From Armatimonadota bacterium (lineage in GTDB: Bacteria > Armatimonadota > SYMT01), in NCBI GenBank assembly GCA_046292385.1, contig JBKBRF010000021.1, positions 32,001 through 96,000 of the forward strand: DNA of 64,000 bases, given 5' to 3'. This document shows positions 57,440 through 64,000 of this stretch, piece after piece. Every line of letters begins with the position of its first letter. The first letter of the stretch is position 1. The notes under the pieces are model-generated. The model did no database searches and was not told the DNA's origin. It saw nothing but the letters and a program-made list of their open reading frames with translations. Both the position numbers and the translations under genes were made by a program.

Positions 57440-59215
57440 ATGATGATGATCCGGTGGGTGCTCTGGCTACTCCTATCTGCCCTCGTGATTGCCGCGCCGG
57501 CTACCGCAGCTCCCGAGGTGAGACGCCGATCCACTCCCCCCGACTACAGCGCGTACCGGGCGGCGGCAGGCGCGGCGGGCGTGGTGTGGAGCGAAGAGGC
57601 CCGCAGTTCCTCACCCTGCCGGGTGTTTGTTCGGCTGGACACCCACACGCAGCGGCTTTCGGTGGACCTGCCCCCACAGGTTTCTCTCGCCACCGCGGAA
57701 CCCTGGCTGCAGGAAACGTCCGAGGCGCTGGGTGGGTCCGCCGTCCGCCTCTACTCGTATCAGGATGCGCAGCGAACGGTGGTAACGCTCGTCTCACCCG
57801 TGCACTCCGTGCATCCGTTCAGCCGTCGCGCCACGGTGGACACGAGACTGCTGGAAGCGCGGCTCCGGAAGCTGACCCCCAACCCTGTACTCCTGTATGT
57901 CCGTAGCAGCAACGCCGGCATCACCTCGGTCGCACCGGCGCCTTCCGCCCGCGCGACCTACGGAGGGGATACGTTCCTCTTCTACGCGGCGCTGCCGTCC
58001 GGTTCGGGAGCCCTCTCCGTCATCTACGGATACTCCGCGCGCGAGACGGCGGCGGTGCTGCTGGCTCTCGGGCTGTGGCTCCTTTTCCCCGTGGTGGTGC
58101 TGCTGGCCTTGCGGGCACATCTACGGCGCCAGGAGGATCTCACGCCGGAGGCGCGAGCGGCCGCCTTCAAGCGCTGGGGCTGGGGGATCCGCATCGCCGC
58201 AGTCGTAGGCACCTTCTTCACCTTTGCCGTCCTGGGAACGGCGAGAGCCGGAGGGCTTCCGCTGGGGGGTACCTCCGGCCTCCCGCCAGCGGTTCCCCTC
58301 TGGTTCTGGTGCAGTGCCGTCGCCAAGCTAATCACCCTCCCCGAACCGTCGGATCGCCCCAGACTGGCGGCGTGGTCGCGCTGGTGCTCGGCATTATGGG
58401 ATCTCGCGCTGATGGGGTTGTTAGTCGCGGTCTGGCTGGCCCCCATTCGGAGCTGGGTCGCTCCCCTGGTGCTCCGCAGCGGGCTACAGGCGATACCGCT
58501 CCTGGTCGCGACGGCCGTCGCGGCGCTGGGCGCCGGGCTGGCATTCTTCGGGCTCTACCTGCTCCGCAGAGCGCCAGCCGCGTGGGCCGCTTCCCGAGCT
58601 CCCTCTCCGATTCCCAGTGATCCGGAGGGGCTGCGCGAGGCGTTTCGCGAGCTAACAGCACAAGCGGCGAGCGAAGAGATCCCGGCCACTCCAGAGATCC
58701 CATCCACCATCCCCCGGGGGGCTGCCGACTTCATCAACGCCCTGGAAGAGACGGTGAGGACGCTGGAGCCGGACCAGCGCGCCGCCCTGACGGCCAGCAG
58801 TCGCCTCCTGCTGGAAGGCCGGCCGCCTCGGATCCACGGCCCGCTCCTCTCCATCTTCGTGACGGGCGCCGCGCTGGCAGGAACCGGAGTCGCGGTCTGG
58901 CTGGTGCCTGTTCCGCTGCAGTGGGTGGTCCTGGCCGGCGGAGTGGGACTGAGTTTCGCCGGTTCGATCTTCGGGAGCTGGATTGCCAACAAGTCGGACG
59001 GCTCGCTCCGCCAGCGCCAGGAAGAAGCCGACTTCAAGGTGGCGCAGGTGATGGATGATCCGCACCGCCTGGTCGACGCCCTCCGCCGGCTGGAAGAGTG
59101 CGAGCGGGTCCTCGGTTTCAGGACAGCATCCGGAGCGGCGGTGACGTCGATCCACCAGGACCGCAGAGAGCGCCTGGAGCGGCGCCTGGGAGACGGCTGC
59201 TGTCCGACAGCGTGA
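57440..59215 (+). CDS. Membrane protein with degenerate M48-peptidase-like C-terminus
   Basis: Signal peptide, TM segments; QEEADF....DDPHRLVDALRRL...SIHQDRRERL; no HExxH. Confidence 0.5.
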   Translation: MMMIRWVLWLLLSALVIAAPATAAPEVRRRSTPPDYSAYRAAAGAAGVVWSEEARSSSPCRVFVRLDTHTQRLSVDLPPQVSLATAEPWLQETSEALGGSAVRLYSYQDAQRTVVTLVSPVHSVHPFSRRATVDTRLLEARLRKLTPNPVLLYVRSSNAGITSVAPAPSARATYGGDTFLFYAALPSGSGALSVIYGYSARETAAVLLALGLWLLFPVVVLLALRAHLRRQEDLTPEARAAAFKRWGWGIRIAAVVGTFFTFAVLGTARAGGLPLGGTSGLPPAVPLWFWCSAVAKLITLPEPSDRPRLAAWSRWCSALWDLALMGLLVAVWLAPIRSWVAPLVLRSGLQAIPLLVATAVAALGAGLAFFGLYLLRRAPAAWAASRAPSPIPSDPEGLREAFRELTAQAASEEIPATPEIPSTIPRGAADFINALEETVRTLEPDQRAALTASSRLLLEGRPPRIHGPLLSIFVTGAALAGTGVAVWLVPVPLQWVVLAGGVGLSFAGSIFGSWIANKSDGSLRQRQEEADFKVAQVMDDPHRLVDALRRLEECERVLGFRTASGAAVTSIHQDRRERLERRLGDGCCPTA

Positions 59216-59344
59216 TCCGACGGCCTCGCCGACGGAGAACCCTTCCAGCGCGTGGCGAGCCCGCTGGGGGCGCTCGGGTTGGGAGGCTGGGTGAGCCCAC
59301 TGAAACGTCTCCGCACCCGCTCCGCTGGTGGGGACGCTTTCCGG

Positions 59345-59704
59345 CTAGGAGAGGACCTCGATCCGGAAGCCGCCCGGCGCGATGAAGTAGAACGTCCAGG
59401 AGCCGTGCTGCCGTTCCGGCATCGGAACGTCGTAGCCGTCGTCCTTCAGCCGCCGATAGAGTTCGTTCACCGCCTCCTGGCTTGGCTGCGTGAACCCGAT
59501 GTGGAAGAACCCGGGGTATTCCACGGGGACGTCCCGCTTACCTCGAAACAGGCTGAGGATGAACCCGCGATCGTCGCGTAGGAACGCCATCGTAGCGCTG
59601 TGCGGCGGGGCTCCGTCGAACGGCCGCAGCCCGAAGTACTTCTCCAGGAAGCTCGCCGCCTCGGCGGCATCGGTCACGGTTAGGTTCAAGTGGTTGAGGG
59701 TCAT
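59345..59704 (-). CDS. VOC/glyoxalase family protein
   Basis: LNHLNLTV, FHIGF, FYFIAPGGFRIEV; GGAGG RBS. Confidence 0.9.
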   Translation of the reverse strand: MTLNHLNLTVTDAAEAASFLEKYFGLRPFDGAPPHSATMAFLRDDRGFILSLFRGKRDVPVEYPGFFHIGFTQPSQEAVNELYRRLKDDGYDVPMPERQHGSWTFYFIAPGGFRIEVLS

Positions 59705-59967
59705 TCGGCATCCCTCCGCTGCCAGGGGGTTGTTACCCCGGCAGACAGGCGAGGGGGCGACTGTGTTGTCCCCAATCTGTGAGATGAATCATCTGGCCGG
59801 AAAGCTCCGCCGCCGGCAGTGTGCAGTCTCCTGACCGCCTGGCCGGCACCCCGATCCGGGTAACTCGTGCTATCCGACGCAAACCTGCTCTGTCGCTCGC
59901 CGGGTCGCCCCCGTGTTGCCGGTTTCGGGGGCGCCTGCGGTCAATCACCTCTGGCAGGACTTATCGG

Positions 59968-60010
59968 GCAAAGGCCCTGGGGCCGTGGCCAGTGGCCCCA
60001 GGGCCTTTGC
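59968..60010. repeat. 17-bp perfect inverted repeat (possible terminator or stabiliser hairpin)
   Basis: GCAAAGGCCCTGGGGCC / GGCCCCAGGGCCTTTGC. Confidence 0.55.
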
Positions 60011-60084
60011 GGAGGCTGCGGTTGCGCCCCGTTGACTGCGCGTTCCAGTCGAGGTGAAGCCTGGTTGAGCTAGCCGAGGCCAGG

Positions 60085-60900
60085 CTATGCTGCCCGACGT
60101 CGGACGTCGGCCGGGCCAGTCCTGGTGGGTGCTTCTGCTGCAGTCTCCGCCGGATACGGTGGCGTCGGCACCGAACCGCGCACCGTGTGGATGTGCTGGC
60201 GCACGTGCGGGGCCGCCTGCTGCGCTGTGTCGACCCATCTGCGGGTCAACTCCGCCGCCACTTCGCGCCCGCCCAGGCCAAAGCTCAACGCCAAGGCTAG
60301 GCCGATTGTCGCGACTAGCCCGATGAAGAGGGTGTTTACCACCACCGGCGCGATGTTCAACTGATTCATGGCCGCGACTATCCCAAACGCCATCACCGCC
60401 CAATACGCCAGGTCGTCAAGGAGACTAGCCCCCACCGCCCCGGCGCTCGACATGGCCCCTCGCACTACCCCCTGGAGAAGCCGCCCGAGGAAGCCCGCGA
60501 CCATCAGTATCAGCACGGCCACGAAGATGTTCGGAATAAACGCGATCATCTGGTTCAGCAACACGGTGACCTGCCGGAGACCGAGCACGTCTGCCGCCAT
60601 CTGTATCACGACGAGCCGCAGGGTCCAAGCCACGGCCTGTCCGAGCACGGAACTGGAGTCCATCCGTTCAACGCCGGCTTTCTCCAGGAACGTCTTAAAG
60701 CCCACGCGCCCAGCGAACGGCTCGAAGCCGACGCGACGCAGGATCCCTGCCGTAAGCTTCCCGAGGACACCACTGATCACCCAGCCCACGATCAGGATGA
60801 GAATGGCTCCCAGCAACGCCGGGATCACCCCCAGAAGCTGATTCAGAGCGCCAGTAAGGGCGATGAGCATCGCCTCGCCCCAGTTCTGTATGCGTTGCAT
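60085..60900 (-). CDS. MscS-associated TM-helix repeat protein (CmpX-like)
   Basis: IPALLGAILILIVGW and FIPNIFVAVLIL repeats; LALSFGLGGRE. Confidence 0.85.
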   Translation of the reverse strand: MQRIQNWGEAMLIALTGALNQLLGVIPALLGAILILIVGWVISGVLGKLTAGILRRVGFEPFAGRVGFKTFLEKAGVERMDSSSVLGQAVAWTLRLVVIQMAADVLGLRQVTVLLNQMIAFIPNIFVAVLILMVAGFLGRLLQGVVRGAMSSAGAVGASLLDDLAYWAVMAFGIVAAMNQLNIAPVVVNTLFIGLVATIGLALALSFGLGGREVAAELTRRWVDTAQQAAPHVRQHIHTVRGSVPTPPYPAETAAEAPTRTGPADVRRRAA

Positions 60901-61272
60901 GACTAGCTACCATCCTCTATGGACACTTCAAAGCGTCATCCCTTCGGTCTGCTGGTGGTACAACACAGACGTACCCTGGGCTTAGAGTAGCGAAACTGTA
61001 AGCAGCCTTTGGATGCAGTTGCCGCTGGCGGTCGGAAGGCACAGGAGCGGCCGGAGGAACTTCCCGGAACCCGCCGCTCGGCGTCCTGAAGCGTCGGGTC
61101 GAGCGGCCGATCTGGCGCGACGACGCTTACGGCACGCCTTAAGCACCCTGAGCTCCACACCGGGTGGGGCGACACCGCGACTCCCCGAAGGAGACGGGCA
61201 CTCAGCCGTGGAGCTTCTTGGAGAGAGCCGTCCCGAGAGCCGTAGAGTGGCTGATGAGGGGGCTGAACTAAG

Positions 61273-61300
61273 CACAAAAGGCCCCCTCTCGGGGACCTTG
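61273..61300 (-). terminator. Terminator downstream of tRNA
   Basis: Minus strand GGTCCCC-GAGA-GGGGGCC-TTTTG. Confidence 0.65.
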
Positions 61301-61303
61301 GAG

Positions 61304-61375
61304 TGGGCACGACAGGATTCGAACCTGTGACCCCTTCGGTGTGAACGAAGTGCTCTACCACTGAGCCACGCGCCC
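61304..61375 (-). tRNA. tRNA-Val (anticodon CAC), CCA not encoded
   Basis: GGGCGCGTGGCTCAGTGGTAGAGCACTTCGTTCACACCGAAGGGGTCACAGGTTCGAATCCTGTCGTGCCCA folds as a cloverleaf. Confidence 0.96.
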
Positions 61376-61418
61376 GTATGCGGTTGGGGGTGCCGCGCCG
61401 TCCGGCCTCGGCTCGGCT

Positions 61419-61447
61419 AGTATAGCAAGGACCCTCCGGCGGGTCAA
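61419..61447 (-). promoter_or_regulatory. Sigma70 promoter of tRNA-Val
   Basis: TTGACC-17 nt-TATACT. Confidence 0.8.
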
Positions 61448-61462
61448 CGGCCGGGAGCATTT

Positions 61463-61846
61463 TTACTCCTGGTTGACCAGGAAGTGAGCGACCTGGTCGA
61501 AGTAGGTCAGCAGAATGCCGCGGGCCGGCTCCTCGATCCCGACCTCCTCCACGGCCGCCCGCATGTGGGCCAGCCAGGCGTCCCGCTCGGCGGGGCCGAT
61601 GCGGAAGGGGAAGTGACGCATCCGCAGGCGGGGGTGGCCGCGCATCGCCTCGTAGCGCGGCGGGCCGCCGAAGAACTGCGTCAGGAACAGGAAGAGGCGC
61701 TCCCGGGCGCCGTCCATGTCGTCCGCCGGGTACATCGGCCGCAGCAGCGGGTCCCCCTCCACGCCGCGGTAGAAGGCGTCGACCAGCAGCGCGAACGTCG
61801 GGTCGCCGCCGGCCTGCTCGTAAACGGTCTGCTCGGTCTGGTGCAT
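61463..61846 (-). CDS. glbO: Group II truncated hemoglobin
   Basis: YEQAGG..F..LVDAFY, FLTQFFGGP..Y...GHPRLRMRH.PF.I...ERDAWL. Confidence 0.92.
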   Translation of the reverse strand: MHQTEQTVYEQAGGDPTFALLVDAFYRGVEGDPLLRPMYPADDMDGARERLFLFLTQFFGGPPRYEAMRGHPRLRMRHFPFRIGPAERDAWLAHMRAAVEEVGIEEPARGILLTYFDQVAHFLVNQE

Positions 61847-62103
61847 CGGTGCCTCTCGTCTCGGGGCTCATCTTAGCGGGAGGTCTCGCGAGGGGCAAGG
61901 GCGATCGGGTTCCGCCGCGGGTCTCCCGGCAGCGCGAACCCGCGCGGGGCGGCGGCTCGCGCTCCAGGGTGATACTTCTTTCGCGGGACGGAGTAACGCT
62001 CCGCGCGACGCAGGGTGAGACGGCGTCCTTGCCGAACCGCAAGCTGGACTCTCATCCGCGGGCGTGTTCGCCCGCCGTCCCGGCCGGCTGGACAAACCTG
62101 GAT

Positions 62104-64000
62104 ATGCGCAGCTCTACTTCTTCCTCCCCGATCCGCTTCTGCTGGATCTTCTACGCCCTGCTCGCCGCGTGCTTGCTCCTGCCGCGGCTCGACGCCCTGG
62201 CGCAGCCGGTGGGACGGCTCGACGTCGGCGAGCCGCAGCTCTCCACGCCCCTGCTGGTCACCGGGACGGAAGGGGTGCTGGCCGTCGAGTTGATCAACTC
62301 CGGGACCCGGGAGCTCCGGGGGTTCACGGTCGAGGCGGTGCCGCCGTTCGGACTCCGCCTGGAGCCGCTTCAGCCGGCGCCCGCGGTGCTGCCGGTCGGG
62401 GAGCGCGCGGAGGTATCGTGGCGGGTCTCCGCGGAGCAGCCAGACCTCTTCCCGGTGCTGGTCCGCGTCCAGGCGGAAGGCGTGGAGCCGGTCGAGCGGG
62501 AGGTGCAGGTGGCGGCGGTGCCGCCCGGGCCGGCGCCGGACCTGCGCACGGTGGAGCATCCGGTGGTGGCGCCGGACGCGGCCGGTAACTTCATCTTCCG
62601 CAACCGGCACCTGGTGGCGCTGCTGGTCAAGACCGGGAACCGCTTCGGGCCCATGATCCTCTGGCCGACGCGCCGACCCACCGATCCGGAGGCGCTGCCG
62701 CTCGCGGTCGCCCCCGCGCTCGCGCGCCTCGCGTGGAAGGAGGGCGACCAGCTCCACAGCGCCTCGTTCCTGCCGTCCGACGTCAAGCGCCTGGGCGACG
62801 ACCGCCTGCGCCTCCGCGGCACGGCTGCGCAGGGTAACGTCACGTGGGACCTGGAGATGGAGCTGGAAATCGGGGAGGAGCCCTGGCTCAAGTGGAGCGC
62901 CAGCACGCGGCCCAGCGCTTCCGCCTCGCTCGTCCGCTTCGCGCCGCTGTCGCTGAAGGTTGCCGCCGAGCCCAGGTCCGAGGTGCTCTTCCCGGGCGTG
63001 CTCTACGACGAGGTCGAGCGCATCGACGCCGAGGAGCTTCGGCCGCGCCTGCTGGCGCCGAACCCGCTGCAGGTAACGGTGCCGCTGATGGCGGTCACTT
63101 CCGGCCGGACTACCCTCTCGCTGATGTGGGACCAGGCGCAGAAGTGGGGCGGCACTGGCGCGCCGGCCGCGCTGCTCGGCACCGCCCCGGTGCGGGACGC
63201 GGGCGCCGAGTATCGGATGGAGCTGTTTCTCCCCTCCATTCCGGACTACGTCCGCGAAGACGAGACGACCGCCACCCAGACCTACGAAGTGCCGGCCGGC
63301 GTGCCGGTCCGGCTCCAGGCGCGCATCGCGGTGCTGCGCGAAGAGGAAGACCCGACTGCCGCGGTACGGACGTGGGCGGACGCCTACCTGCACATGGGAG
63401 TCCGGAAGTATCCGGTTCCGTTCGAGCGGGTGCGGGAGCTGGCCCGCGTAAGCTACCTGCGCACCCTGTGGGACCCGCAGGTGCCCGGCTGGCTTCCCGC
63501 CGTGGGACCAGAGCCGGTCCGCGCAGAGCCTTCCCCCTCTAACGTGCTGGCACTGCTCATCGACGCGGGCCTGACGGAGAAGGACGCCGTCTCCGCGGAG
63601 CTGCGTCAGCGGGCGGAGGTCGTCCTCGACGCGCTCCAGGCGCAGGGGCCGCTCGATCCGGTGCTGGCGTACCGGGTCGGCGGCGTCATTCCCACTCTCG
63701 ACGCCGTTTACGAGGCGGTGCGCCCGCTGATCCGGGAGCAGCTCGCCAGCGGCGCCTGGCCGCTCGACGTTCCGGTGGACGACGAGCCGGCCCGGAGTGA
63801 GGAGATCGGCCCCATTGCCCGGCGCGCGGTGACGGTCCTCCGTTCCGCGGTGCTGACCGGCGACAGCGACGCGGCCGGAGCGGGCCGGCGTGCCCTCGAG
63901 TACATGGCGGGGCGCTTCCGGGTCCCGCGCGGCGGCCTGCCGGGAGAGGTGCCGCTGCAGGCGGCCGATCTCCTCGCCGCCGCCGATGCCGCGGAGGCGT
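62104..64000 (+). CDS. Large secreted hypothetical protein, runs off window edge
   Basis: Not in the ORF track because it has no stop. Frame open from ATG at 62104 (MRSSTSSSPIRFCWIFYALLAACLLLPRLDALAQ...) to the end with host-like codon usage. Confidence 0.7.
   Translation, partial: MRSSTSSSPIRFCWIFYALLAACLLLPRLDALAQPVGRLDVGEPQLSTPLLVTGTEGVLAVELINSGTRELRGFTVEAVPPFGLRLEPLQPAPAVLPVGERAEVSWRVSAEQPDLFPVLVRVQAEGVEPVEREVQVAAVPPGPAPDLRTVEHPVVAPDAAGNFIFRNRHLVALLVKTGNRFGPMILWPTRRPTDPEALPLAVAPALARLAWKEGDQLHSASFLPSDVKRLGDDRLRLRGTAAQGNVTWDLEMELEIGEEPWLKWSASTRPSASASLVRFAPLSLKVAAEPRSEVLFPGVLYDEVERIDAEELRPRLLAPNPLQVTVPLMAVTSGRTTLSLMWDQAQKWGGTGAPAALLGTAPVRDAGAEYRMELFLPSIPDYVREDETTATQTYEVPAGVPVRLQARIAVLREEEDPTAAVRTWADAYLHMGVRKYPVPFERVRELARVSYLRTLWDPQVPGWLPAVGPEPVRAEPSPSNVLALLIDAGLTEKDAVSAELRQRAEVVLDALQAQGPLDPVLAYRVGGVIPTLDAVYEAVRPLIREQLASGAWPLDVPVDDEPARSEEIGPIARRAVTVLRSAVLTGDSDAAGAGRRALEYMAGRFRVPRGGLPGEVPLQAADLLAAADAAEA

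Noticed and set aside
61150..61216. AGCTCCAC...GTGGAGCT inverted repeat downstream of the tRNA
   Set aside because: Only an 8-bp core with no second copy or supporting motif.
53704..61304. Genomic island integrated at tRNA-Val
   Set aside because: Some genes look compositionally atypical, but I found no integrase and no duplicate of the tRNA 3' end in the window.
1..64000. CRISPR array
   Set aside because: No regularly spaced direct repeats with unique spacers and no cas genes.

Overview
High-GC bacterial chromosomal window with about 50 supportable CDSs. The lineage is probably diderm and Armatimonadota-like; this is inferred from a T-box-controlled valS, a TolC/RND pump, a Planctomycete-type DUF1549/DUF1553-DUF1501-cytochrome c/WD40-PPC cluster and many Sec/Tat-exported enzymes. 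Housekeeping landmarks are valS with a full Val T-box leader (GUC specifier), aroE and tRNA-Val(CAC). Other loci: a yjbQ-Phd/VapC toxin-antitoxin unit followed by a duplicated yjbQ fragment, a DoxX/Rrf2/di-heme cytochrome c module with paired palindromes, a three-gene peptidoglycan-remodelling cluster, an AA5 copper radical oxidase and a voltage-gated channel with a non-canonical filter. The most striking unexplained signal is non-coding: a ~260-nt element in three diverged copies (8394-8633, 8713-8969, 18975-19233). Its stems covary between copies, and its mismatches resolve as G-U pairs on one consistent strand. In that orientation each copy lies upstream of and sense to a gene, making it a candidate new structured RNA or ssDNA mobile motif. 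Intergenic spaces also hold several unrelated REP-like palindrome families. No CRISPR array, integrase, transposase or rRNA was seen. All family assignments come from motif recognition by eye, not from database searches.
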